Below are positions 32,722-45,047 of a DNA stretch of 64,000 nucleotides, in pieces; the first letter of the stretch is position 1; each line of letters opens with the position of its first letter. Under the pieces are notes generated by a model. That model ran no database searches, was not told where the DNA came from, and saw nothing but the letters and a program-made list of their open reading frames with translations. The stretch comes from Vitrella brassicaformis CCMP3155. Its lineage: Eukaryota > Protista > Chromerida. The position numbers and the translations under genes are program-made. The stretch spans positions 62,001 through 126,000 of the forward strand of contig CDMY01000149.1 in the NCBI GenBank assembly GCA_001179505.1, read 5' to 3'.

Positions 32722-35700
32722 ATGCAGAATTCGGTTGCAGCGGGGTGGTCCGCCGTGCCTGGGGCACTTGTGCAGATATGGATCTTTCCATTGTTGATGG
32801 TGCTGCACTCATGTGACGCAGGTGGGAGCAGTGCAGCAGAGATGGGGTGGATACACTCAGGGCATCCAGCGGAAGGATGGCAGGCTCCCTGTCGCTTGTG
32901 GGTTGCAGCTTCTTTCAGGCGGTCATCAGCCGGTGCATTCATGCGGCCACCGTCGCTCTTTCCCGAGCAAGTCCACAAGAGGCCTTTCAGGCGGAGAGGC
33001 CAGCCATATGGGCGCTCGAGTGTGGTCAACCTGGAGGCAGATAAGGCAGACGACAGATCCCCGCGGCCGGCGGAGAAGAAGGACGAGGCGATGGTTGGAG
33101 CCAAGGAGGATGACGAGGATGTGAGTGAGACTGTGTCGCTGCTCGCTGCACTCGGTAGGTGCCGTCATCATGTGATATCGTCATAGATAGAAAGCACACA
33201 CACCTAAAGGAAAGAGCTCCATGCATGTGTGCACTGAACGGGTGTGTCGATGTGTGTCCCTCTGTGACTGACTGACTGACTGCCTGACGTATGGGAGCAG
33301 GGAAACCAGACAGGTAGGTGGGGCGCCAGGACCAAAGGAAGACGGCTCAGCCACGTACCTATCCCACGATTGGTCGCTTGCCTCCCTCGTCTGTTGTGGT
33401 TGCTTTGCTTGATGTGTTTGTTGTGCTTAGTGAGGAGAGTTTGTTGGCGTCGTTGCAGGAGGACATTGACTTTCTGAGGGGATTACAGGAGCGTGGCGAG
33501 GAGGCGGCTCCCGACCTGGAGGGTCTGGTGCCTGAGGCCGTGGACATGGACCAGGAGCTGGGGCAGGACGAGGAGCAGCCTGAAGTCATCGACCTGTCGC
33601 TACTCGATGATGACACCGAGGCTGAGCTACGGGAGGAATTCAAAGCACTTGCTGGCAAGGACCAGCTCATGACACTCGACCAGTTCTCGCAACTCCAGGA
33701 GTTCCAGGACCTCATCCAGGCAGGTCGGTAGGTGGGTGGCTGGGTGGCTGGGTCAGCAGCATGCAAGGAAGGATCGGACGTGCCTGAGGCTAGATGAGAT
33801 GAGCGTGTCGCTCCTGTCGACACTCTGTCTGTCGGGTGTTCTCTCTGCATTACGTAATGGTGCCTGCAGGTGACCTTCGGCAGAGTGAGGTCAGCCAGGC
33901 TTGGGAGCGGACAGAAAAGATATCAGGCACTGACAAGGTGGGCTCACTCTCTCCCAACCTCAAGTTTGTTGAGGCAGGCCTTTGTCTTCATTGCTTTCTT
34001 GCCTTGTTGCTGCATACCTGTGGTGTGAGTAGGTTGACGTCATGGGGTTCCTCGAGGCGTGGATGCGCGTCGATAATCTGTTCGAAACCATCCAGGAGGA
34101 GGACGAGGAGGGCGAAATGGTCGAAAGCCTCGTCAAGAAGAAAGGTGCGGACGCATGTATGTGTATATAATCGCATCTGCGTACATGTATCGCCTCACAG
34201 CTGTAGTACCGACCATGAAAGCTCATGAATGGAATGCTCCTGCTCAGACGTGCGGGCCGGCGACATGCAAATCATCGGTAGGTTTTAGTGGAGCGGAACA
34301 AAGCACACCCCTTGTGCTTTCCTTCCTGCCCGAGCTGATTGATGCGTGAATGGCCGGAGTGCGTTTGTGTACGTTGGCTTTGTGTTTGCGGTTGATGCGT
34401 GCCGTGCATGCAGATGCGGACAAGGTGAGTGACGAGTGGGAGCTGGATTTCTACAGCCGCCCTATCAAGGGTGCTGACGGCAAGAAAATATGGGAGGTGC
34501 TCATCACGGATAAGACCGGCAACTTCAAGTACGCCGAAGTCGTCCCAACCAGACAAGTAGGGCTGGCTGGCTGGCTGGCTTGTCGGGCCACCCACCGCAC
34601 ATACCACTTCCATGCAGTCGATCGATGCGTCCATCCGATGCTCTGTGTGCCATGCCCCTACGTACTCATCATCCATGTGTCTGTCTGTGGTGCCATATAT
34701 GCATTCATTGATGCATGCAGGTCAACAGCCGTGCCTTGAAGGAGCTATTCGAGCGAGTTGCGGATGATGCGCCCACCCGACCGAAGGTGGTCCGCTTCTT
34801 CAGGTGGGCGACGTGTCGGGGGCAGGGAGGGAGGGAGGGGTGCACTCACTGTCCAGTCAGCTGTATGACATGAATCCTGTATGTATGTATGTGTGTATGT
34901 GTATGTGTGTGTGTGTGCCTTTCTTTGGTCGACCTTGTAGGGCTCAGATGCAGAGCATGATCAAGATCGGACTCTCGGTACCTACCGTATGCACAGCCCA
35001 CACATTGCACGCAGCATGGATGGCACGTACGCATCACATAGATCGCACACATCCTGCCTGCAGTGCCTCCTCGTCCTCTCCGCTTCTTTGTCCGTATACA
35101 TTACGAACAGGCAGTGAGCGGGATTGACGTCCGTCCCAGCCGCGCCACTTACAGGCTGTACGACTGGCTCGACGAGAGGGAGAAAAAGGTAAGCAAGAAG
35201 GGAGAGAGGAGGCAATGGGTTGGGCTGGTGGGGAGGCAGGCAGGCAGGCAGGCGGGGAGGGAGGGACGGACTGAGAAAGGGCGACACACAGGCTTGACCC
35301 CTTCACGGATGTGTGCTGGCTGGCTGCCTGTCGGCGTGCCATGCAGGTGTACCCCTCCATGGCCGGCTACGACGCGTCACTGATTTCTCAGTTCTTCCCG
35401 CTGGACTTCGAGCCCGAGAGACTGCCGGACGAAATCATGTCAGCTCCGACACAAGAAAAGAACCCCCCGCACGATGATGTCTGGTTGCTCCGTCGCTTAT
35501 TAGGTGCGAAAAGTTTGCCTTCGCGCAAATGCCGCTGTCCGAAATCGCAGATGAGACGAGATTCATGGTATGAGCGCGCAGTCGGATGCACCGCACCGCA
35601 CCCTGCCATTCAGCTGCCCCTGGCGCGTGCATCCATTCATCCCTCTTTCTGTTTGCTGTGTGTCAGGGTAATATAGCGACGAAGCTGTGTCCCTTGCCAA

Positions 35701-36543
35701 CGGCCCTAGAAGAAGGGTCAGCCGATGCCAGCGACATCATGGTGAGGGGTGTCACACTTCTTCAGCAAGTCAGCAAGGGGAGCAGAGCAGTAGGATGCGG
35801 CCGATCTTGCCTGCTCGATCTGCTGGCTGCAGATTCCGGGTATCGTCATGTTCGCCAGCCGCAGGGCGCAGGTAGGTAGACAAGAAGATGAGCGATCGAT
35901 TCACTTCGCTCGCTCGCTTCCTGGCTGATAGAAACCACTTTGGGATCTGTTCCGCGCATCCTGGCTAATGCATGTATTGTGTGTGGGTGTACGTCAGGTA
36001 GTGGCTTCGCTGATGATGGGCAAGGAGATAGGTTTCCTCAAGGCCTACGTCACGAAGCGGCAGCTGTGCCTGGAGGCCGGCCTCGATGACAGCTTCTTGC
36101 TCTGCGGCCTCGACGATGAGCTCAGAAGACAGGCGGCTGACTTCGAGAGACGTCAGGGACACGAAAAGCAAAATCAAATTCATATGGATAGACCTGCCAT
36201 GCCAAACGGGTGTCGAAACTCATCTTTCTTACTCGTGTGTATTTCTTGTCGCAGAAAAGCTGGCTGCGTTGGGTCTGCATTTCTTTGCCATCCAGGCATC
36301 AGAAGAGAAAGAGGTGAGTGACCCCGATAGCCACAGCACGTATGGTGGACACGTGTGTATGTGTATGTAATTAATGTGTGGTCGCGTCAGCCTGTGGCGT
36401 TTTGGTTGCTTCGTGAGAACATCCAGGACGACGACCTGCTGATAAGTGACGACGACGACGAAACGCTGCCGTTCGAGGGGCTCAAGTCCCCTGCTCGCAT
36501 ACCAGACAGTGATGCACTCACCTTTGGAAAGCAAGAAGCGTGA
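32722..36543 (+). CDS. TAB2: Tab2/ATAB2-family plastid RNA-binding translation factor with an N-terminal acidic EF-hand-like extension
   Basis: DEWELDFYSRPIKGADGKKIWEVLITD, VNSRALK, PKVVRFFR|AQMQSMI, PSRATYRLYDWLDERE|VYPSMAGY, IPGIVMFASRRA and GLHFFAIQ follow the Tab2 motif series. A hydrophobic leader and an AF motif lie upstream. Confidence 0.85.
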
Positions 36544-36867
36544 CGAGGCAGACGATAGGGCTGTACCAGAGGGCTGATTGTGTGACTTAGGACGTGTGTC
36601 CACTAACTATGTTCACTTGCAATATGTATGTGTATGTGTTATCATTGATTACGCACATATTAATAAATAAATTCACATAGATGAAAAGAGTCGTCTGACG
36701 TCAGCATTGATTGATACTCAACAACCACACTTCCACCCCACCACTCCCTAGTGTTGCTGGGCAGCTGCGTGAGAGTGCAGTGTTCCATAGTGAGGGTCTC
36801 ACTCACTCACTCACTCAGCCAGTCAGTCAGTCAGTCAGTCAGTGTGTAACACCGTCTGTCCGACTGA

Positions 36868-39800
36868 CTAGAGCCAGAGGAGGAAGGCAGCTACAGCTGC
36901 AGTACCGAGCACAGCTATCTGCATGCGACCTATCTCTGGATTGGCCCCAGATATCTCCAGCGCGTCCAGCTGCTGAGATTTGGACACGGCAGACGAGGCC
37001 GATGACGAACACGACGCCACTGCGCACGTCACCTGATTGATACCATGCATAGATCGATTGATGGATAGATACCACACCCACGCACGATGAGAAGGAGTGA
37101 GACATGAGATGCATGTGATTAGTCAGTCGACCCCCATGCCTCCTGACTGACTGACTAGCTGCTGTGCTGTGCTGTGCTGTGTTTGTTGTGCTGTGGTTGC
37201 TGCCTTACGGCGAAGTCGCCTGGTGTGAATGGGTGTGGTGAATCAGCCCGGGCCGATTGTGGTGCTGCAGATGAACTACATGGCCATCCCTGATCCATCA
37301 AAGGGCAACCAAGGCCAGGAAGTACATCGTCCATCCATCAACACATGACATGCATGAGTGGGTGAAGTGAGTGAGTGTATCAATCAGTCAGTCAATCAAT
37401 CCGATGTGTGAGGTAGGCTATAGGTAGGTACCTGGACGAAAATGGGTCCAATGGTAGCGTTGAGGGAGACGAGTGCACACCCCTGTAGCCGCACCTCCTT
37501 TGCACCCACCGGGACCTCATGCCGGATCTTCTGCTGGAACTCAGACATACTCTCGATGTGCGCCATCCAAGTCACAGTGCTGCTCGATGACACCACAGAC
37601 TTGGGCTGACAGACAACAAACAGGTGTGGAATTTGTCAGTCAAGGGAACCAACCACAGCACATCCATACAAGGTGGCCTCCTGTGCAAGCGTACGTACGC
37701 TGTGTCTGTTGTGTCGCCGATCGGATCGTCTGTGGTGCTTGGAGCTGCCGCTGTCTGGTGAGGGCAGGAAGTCCTCCTGTTCCTGTGTTGGGTCCACCGA
37801 GAGGACAGTGGCGACGGCCTCACTGCTGTTGCCGAACGGTGTGTCCTGGGGTGGACCCTGCTGATGGGGCTGCCCCTGCGATGGCCGCATGCACTCACAC
37901 AGCACATCCTGCATGTGGCCAACACACCAACCAAACACGCAGCAGAAATGAACAGCTAGCTGCACCAATCAGGGTGTAGGAAGGTATGAGTGCCTCCATG
38001 CTGGGGCAGGCAGCGGATGGCCGGCTTGCTTGCTGACCTTGCTGAATGATGACGGAATGCCATCGTCATCGTCCTTCTCCTCTTCCTTTTTCTTTCCCTC
38101 CTCCTCGCTGTCGTGGTCCCTGCCGACTTTGAGTGTCATGCGATGTCGCCTCCACCTCTTGCGCTTGCGGCCATCGTCCGGACCTTCCTCCTCCTCATCG
38201 GTGAGGCCACACTCGGCCTGGCCGCTGCCATCGATAGGCGCCCTCGTGCACACAAAGTGCCCTCCGTCGATTGTCTTGAGTGTGGTGCACTTGTCAGTCT
38301 TGGTGGTCTCGGTGGCCGGGGCGCAGCACTCCATGTACTCGTCGGTGCACGTAGCCACGCCGCCTATGTCGGTCGACAGACCACCCACAAGCGAAAGGAA
38401 TCCTGAGGGAGTCACAGTCGCAACACACAACACAAAACGTGACCAACAGGAACAGCGCAGCGCAGCCAAGGTGTCATTCAGTGAGGGACCACTGACAGAC
38501 TCACCGCGTGCCACTGGTGCGATGGCCTGGAATGCTTGGCTCGCTGTCCCTGCCAGACCGCTCAAGCCACTGAGGCCGCCCCCACCCCCACCTCCACCCC
38601 CACCCCCATTGGCCAGACCGCCCGCTCCGAGACCCCCGAAGAAATCTCGGTCCCGACCACCACCCTAATGAGTTGATTCATGCATGGGACCAATCAGGAA
38701 GCCATCGTGTATGCACCTGGCCTGCCTGCCTAGTGGAGCCCCTGGCCTACCTCGTTGTTCCTCCTGCGTCTTCCCGAGAGGGGCCCTCCACCGCCGAGGG
38801 GCCCCCCACCGCCCCGTCCCCTCCTCTCCGAAGATGAAGACGACGAAGACTCGCCATACGGCGATGCACCTCGAGCTGCACTCCGCCCTTGCTGCGCCTC
38901 AGCCTGACACCACACATCCACGCACACAAGTGCACACATGCTCTCGCCGCTTCTTTGGCAGGCAGAGGGTTTCGTAGGCATCATTCATTCAGGTGCTCAC
39001 CGAGTCTGGGAATACGATTCGTTGTCCCGATGGGAGTGTGAAAGAACCGCTATTGTTGTCTGTTGACGTCTGGGGAGACTGGGCAGTGGCAGGCGGGGCC
39101 CCGGGGATCGCAGGAGCGGGAGAGCCACCGCTGCCACTAGTCCAACCCCCACCGGGCGTGGGTGGATGGACAACCCCACCAACGGGGGCTGAGGGCGAGG
39201 CACCCCCACCAACAGGGTACTGGGGAGCAGTAGCAGCAGGGGGGGACTGGGGGGCAGCAGCAGGAGGAGGGCGGGCTGCTGCTGCAGGGCTGCTACTCCC
39301 ACTCTCTCCCCCGGACTCGTATTGCAGCGCATTGGTGTCGTCCGCATTGTTGCCTCGCGGCCGACGATCCACTGGCTGCAGCGCCTCCGGGGCGGCCGGC
39401 CGGCCACTGCCTCTGTCGTCACTTGCAGCAGCTCTGCTGGTCTCGCCGCCGCTGTTGGTGCGCGTCGGGGGCGGGGGTGGGTCCTCGTCATCCACAGCCT
39501 GGCTGCTGCTCATCAGCGTGGGGCCCGCTGTGTCGAGCGCCTTAGTAAGGGCGTGCTGGGAATCGAGGAGACCACCCGTGCGACACCTATAATCCGGGTA
39601 TTCGTACGCACCACAACCCCACATGCGCGGACGCTTTCTTGCAGCCGGGTGGTTGCGTGTTATGTGTGTGTGGGGTTCGCTTACTTGCCCTTGAGTTTGG
39701 CCATGGGTCTTGCCGTGTCGAGTATGAGGTCCCTCAGCTCTGCCGATGAGAGTTTGGGGTTCACGCCCTTGAGCATGGCTGCAGTGCCCGCCGCAAAGGG

Positions 39801-42236
39801 CGATGCCATCGACGTGCCGGACTGAAGACGATAAACACCACTCCGCCAACTAGAAATGATCTCCGTCCCTGTGACAGATGCAATACACACACCCATATCC
39901 ACCCATTCCCCCGGCTGTGCAGGAAGCCATTGGTCATGCAATCCTTTGTGTACCTGGTGCGGCCACATCGACATTGGTTCCCCAGTTAGAGAAGGCTGAC
40001 AAGTCGCCCTCCCGGGTCACACTCGTCACGCTCAAGATGTTGGACAGCTCGTAGGCAGCTGATGCGACCGAGACACATGAATGATACAGCAGACATCCGC
40101 AGCTCCTCATCTATTCCTGGTGTGTTGGCTTATGGACCTCTCCCACATACCTGGGTAGTAGGGTGCCGTCAGGGAGGATTGTCCAGTGTTCCCAGCGGAT
40201 GTGACGAGCAGGCAGTCCTTCCGCTGGGCGGCCCTCACGGCCTCATAAAGCGCACGCAGGTTCTTCGTACCTGGTGCACGGCGCCAACCAACAAGCAGTG
40301 TGTGTACTGGACACCGGGAGTGGCTTGATCATGTGCTCACCTCCCCAGCTGTTGTTGGTGATTTTGACGCCCATCCTCAGGGCGTAGTCGAGGGCCCGGA
40401 CCGCATCGGACACGTGGCCCAAACCATCCTTGTCCTGATGGTGGATTCATGAATCGAGAAACGAGACACAATGCAGAGAGAATCGAGAATCGTCTGTACG
40501 ACGTCCCTATCCCATCGCCGACGCAAGTGCTTGCTTACAAGGAACTTGAGTGCCATGACTTTAGCGTTTGGCGAGATGCCAGCGACACCTTCGTGGTTAT
40601 TCCAGTTGGCTGCGATGGAACCTGCCGAGTGAGTCCCGTGGCCGTTCTCGTCACGCACATCCGGATTCTCATCAAAGAAGTTCCACTGCATCCACCATGT
40701 GACACGTGCAATACAAGCACTCAGTTGATTGGATCGCAGAGGCCAGCTTGCCAATTCTTGCTTACGCCGTAGTAGTCATCCACAAAACCTGACGCGAAAC
40801 AGAAGGACCAGTCGCATACATCACGAAGAATGAGTTGACTATGACATGGATGTCTGCATCGCATCACTCACCGTTGCGATCGTCATCGATTCCGTTCCCT
40901 GGGATCTCGTCGGGACTGCCAGTGACAGGGAGCACAGCGGACGCCACAAGTGTGGTGCGCAGATGTGTGTGTAGGTCGGGTCGGGTGGCTCACTTGGTCC
41001 AGATGCGATGTTGCAGGTCAGGATGGTCTACGTCGACTCCCGTGTCGATGATGGCCACTATCACCTCCTCTCTGTTGGCCTCGTTCTCGTTGGCCACACG
41101 CCACCGCTCAAATATCTCCCACGCATTGGTCGCACGAATGTCCACGCCCTCGGGGTTGGCGAGACCCCACTGGCGATCGAAATATGTGTCGTCGGGACGA
41201 ATGCCTGCACCAAGCAGACAAGGAAGGAACGATGATTGACCGATTGGTCGTCTGCAAAGATCCATGGCGCCGCTTGTGGTGTTTGTTTGCTACCGGTGGT
41301 GGCTTGGAGGGCCTGGAGCATGCCCGATTGAGAGGGGTGCGTCCTGTAAGGCAGATGAATGGGTGAGCTGGGCGCAGCGGTGCCGTTGGTTTCTCCAGAT
41401 AGAGTGGACGGCAGGATGGGCCCGGACGCACCAGACGGCAGCCCGATCGACACCTCATCTGAGCCATCATCGTCTTCTTCGTCATCCTGCTCGTCATCAA
41501 GCCCTCCGTCACCAAGAATTGACACCTGCATATCATATGCGAGGACGGCCATCACACAGTGCAGTGCACGGAGTCCCTCCCTCTGCATTCGTGGGATGTG
41601 ATGTCGTCTCTCCGTACCAGTTCGTCTTCTTCGGCGAAGTATCCCTGGGCGGAGAGGAGCTCCACCAGGTCTCCTAAATCCTGCCCTTCAGCCAAGTCCA
41701 CTATCTCAAGATCTGCACAACACACACACCAGGACATCCCAGGCAGGTGCAAACGATCACCGCATCGACCGAGTCGACCTGTGTGCCCCCTGTCTGTTGC
41801 TGCCGCACTAACCAAGTGTATCGAGTGCTGTGATTTTGGCCACTCCCATATCTGCCAGCAATTCCCTCGGCTCATGCTGCAGTCGCCGCCGTTCGCGACC
41901 ATGACCTCCAAGCTCGCCCTCTGGCGAGTGCCGGTAGCCCACAATCAGCTTCTTTGGCGGTCCAGGGGAGGCACTCCTCGAAGCTGCCAGTGAGTTCAGT
42001 GGGAACACAAACGGAGAGGAATCGATCACAGGCTGTGGTCATTCAGATGGTTTCCTCACCTTTGGGGGGTCGCTGCGCAGCGGGGCCGCCGGCCTCATCC
42101 ACCGACACTGCAGTAGAAGGCACCCGTACACACATCAAAGTGCCTCTCCCTCCCTGTGCGGCGTGTGTGTTTCACCTGGCTGTGAGAGAGCGAGCTCGAG
42201 GAGCAGTAGTGTGTTCAGCAGCAGCACAGCCAGCAT
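36868..42236 (-). CDS. Secreted subtilisin-like serine protease (S8) with prodomain, Pro/Gly-rich and Cys-rich tail and a terminal hydrophobic (GPI-signal-like) segment
   Basis: Signal MLAVLLLNTLLLLELALSQP; catalytic triad IIDTG, HGTHSAG and SGTSMASP; also NNSWGG and FSNWGTNVDVAAPG. The final exon ends ..GRMQIAVLGTAAVAAFLLWL*. Joining of the tail exons is manual. Confidence 0.88.
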
Positions 42237-42430
42237 TCCGTACGTATCAACTGTACACAGCCGTGCGATGAAAGACAGATGCGATCAACAACACATACAC
42301 AGACAGACAGACAAAAAAGCTTCCAGCTGCACACTAGCCTATCGACATGACTGAAAAAGGCGGAATGAGCAAACAACAGGCCCTCCGGGATGAAATCAAG
42401 CCCTGCGAGAAAGATGCGAGATGATCGCTT

Positions 42431-44638
42431 GTGGCCAAGGGTTTCGCATCCTCGCCGAAGCATCCTCGCCGTCCAAGATCCTTGCCCTCGCCCATGTTTT
42501 TGGCGTGGAGCGTGTCGCTGCTCGTAGCATCTGCCTGGTGTTACTGGTACCTTCTCAGCCGTGGAGCGGTCAGCCGCACCGCACCTCTTTCACACGACTT
42601 CCACCGCGTGATCCGCATCAACGATGGCGCGGCGCAGAGGGAGGAGGATGCCGATGGAGATCCTTTGTCCGGCGACTTCATCAGCCTTCAGCCGAAAGCG
42701 GCGAAGCGCAAGGGATGGAATGTGATCCACTACCTGCCCGGGTCGGCCTGTGTTGCCCTCTGGCCTAAGGCAAGGAGGGACTCTTCACTCAAGTTCGACC
42801 TTCTGGCCACGTTCGAAGTGCTGCCCGCCCTCAGCGGCACGCCGGGCGCTGTGAGCATCCACCTCACGAGTGAGCCCGGGCACTTTCTGAGGGCGGACAC
42901 GCAGTCGGCCGGTCGCTACATTAAGGGGCACTTCTACGGGAGCAAGTACAAGGCCTATCGGAGTCTCGCAGATGTCAAGGCTCCGCAGAGGACGAGCAGG
43001 CTCCACAAAGTAGGTACATGGCGCATCAATTCTCGAATGTCATCCGTGGAACAGCCCTCACTGTCTTTCTCTTCTCCCTCTGTTTGGCCCTGCCTTCCTT
43101 CCTTGATGCAGGAGGCGTCCTTCTTCATGCGGGATGTCGACGCGTCTTCGTCATCGGGGGGCGCAAGTGCGTCGAATGAACTGTCCGACGTTGCCTCGGA
43201 TGAGTCGCCGTCTGACGACGAAGAGGCTGCCGCATCCGAAGAGGATGCCACGGTGAAGAGTCCGTCGACGCGGCGTGAGGCACGTACTGTGGTGTTTGAA
43301 TCTGAGGCCCTGCCCGGCCTCTACATCCGCTATGGCAACCAGAATCTCCTCAGTCTGACCGAGGTGACGTCCCGAATCGCAACAGTCTCTGGCTCGCCAA
43401 CATTGCGGCGTCGTCTGCCGTTCCTTGCCGGTAACGATGAGCTGGCGCGTGTGCCTTTTACCTGGAGGGTATGGCCATCTCGGCTGGTGGTGAGAGGGTA
43501 CAGTCCCCTGAGTCTCGTCTCACGCTTCAGCCCACACGACACGCCGTCATTGCGTCCCGAGGACCTCCACATCAAGGCCATATACAGCATCTTCTCCCTT
43601 CAAGACAAGTCAGCCCATGTGACGCTGTTTGAGAAATTCGTCCATTCGGCCATGTTGACGAGCGTCGCTCTGCCCTCACGGCCCTCGGGCGGACGCGCAT
43701 CTGTTCCGCCAGTGGATCCTCCGCTTGAGATCCGGGCACGCATGATCCACATGCAGGGCGACGGGACAGCCAAATCCGAGTCGTGGTAAGGCAAAACACG
43801 TCCACGATGAGCAGACAGCCACGTGCACTCACAAGACGTCCTCTTCTGAGTACCGAAGGTCTGCCCCTCGCCTACCTGGTTCAGGTTTCATGCGATAGCC
43901 AGCCAATCGAGGTACTGGGTGGATGTTGTTCGCGAGAACTTCCACTTCAACAGGAGCGAAGACTCGCATTCCAACGCCACTCAGGCCACATGTGTCATCG
44001 GCTGTGATGTCGACATCCAATTCTACCCGGGATGGCAGACAAAGGTCAAGGAGTGCCTGCAGCAGCACGACATATGCTTCCAAGTGAGCGCACCAGCAGA
44101 CAGACATCCAGACACAAGAGCCGGCGAAGCACCCACAGCATTTCGATTGACCCTGTTTCCTCCGAGCAGCGCGAGGCGCCCATCAACACAGGCTTTTTCG
44201 CCATGCGGTGTAACGAGCGGACACTGCACTGGTGGACCAGCGTGCGGGACCATCTCGTCAAAGACCGGAAGGGCCGCTTCAACAAGGTGCGTCGAAAAGG
44301 TATTGGCAACACACATGCGACCTGTACAGGTGCCGTATGTTTTCTGTGTCTCCTTGCAGTGGACTCGCTATGTGTTGACGAGCGCTGAGGACCTCAAGAT
44401 GAGATGGTCGACATTCAGCCACCAAGCTATCCTGCGAGGACGGTCTGCTGCAATCAACCACAAATCGACTCCAATGGTACGCACGATCTTCTGTTGTATG
44501 GCCCATTTCGCGTACAGGAGTGCATATTTGCTGCCTGTCGCGTATCAGATCCATCATGCCATCGGCATCAAGTCGCCTGATGCAAAGCTTCATTCGCTGC
44601 GGAAAATCAGGGAGAGATACCTCGCCACATCCACGTAA
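42431..44638 (+). CDS. Type II membrane glycosyltransferase (nucleotide-diphospho-sugar transferase, GT77-like) with an AbfB/CBM42-like beta-trefoil domain
   Basis: N-terminal TM MFLAWSVSLLVASAWCYWYLL; AbfB-like ATFEVLPALSGTPGAVSIHLTSEPGHFLR and VVFESEALPGLYIRYG; catalytic part VIGCDVDIQF (DxD), INTGFFAMRCNERTLHWW and IHHAIG. Confidence 0.75.
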
Positions 44639-45047
44639 GGACACAAACCACTGACATGACATGTCCACTTTTTTCTGTCTGTCTTGCATCGTGTCTCCCA
44701 TAGCAACCGATTTGCACGATTTGAACGTGCAAGTGGCGGGCTAAGGGGGGCCCTGCGTGCGCTTGGCGCGACAGATGGCGGCGGACAGCCTTCAAGTCCA
44801 TTTGTGGTTCGTCATCTCGCACAGGACACATGCAGCATTTCCTTGCGGACAGGACCGGCCAGCCTTTCAGATAGAGCTTATGAGTCAAACGAGTCTTCCA
44901 GTGGCAGTGTCGCACTGCAGTGCGTTCAACGGACACATACATAAATGATTGAATCGTCCACGTGCACATACTGTAGGCCGACGGCGATCGTCAGGGCGCC
45001 CCCCACGTCGGGCCCCGTCGAGACCTCTGCCTTCCCTCCAGTTCGCT

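Noticed and set aside
38030-39825. Plus-strand ORFs of 167-212 aa opposite the subtilisin tail
   Set aside because: They are antisense shadows of GC-rich low-complexity exons.
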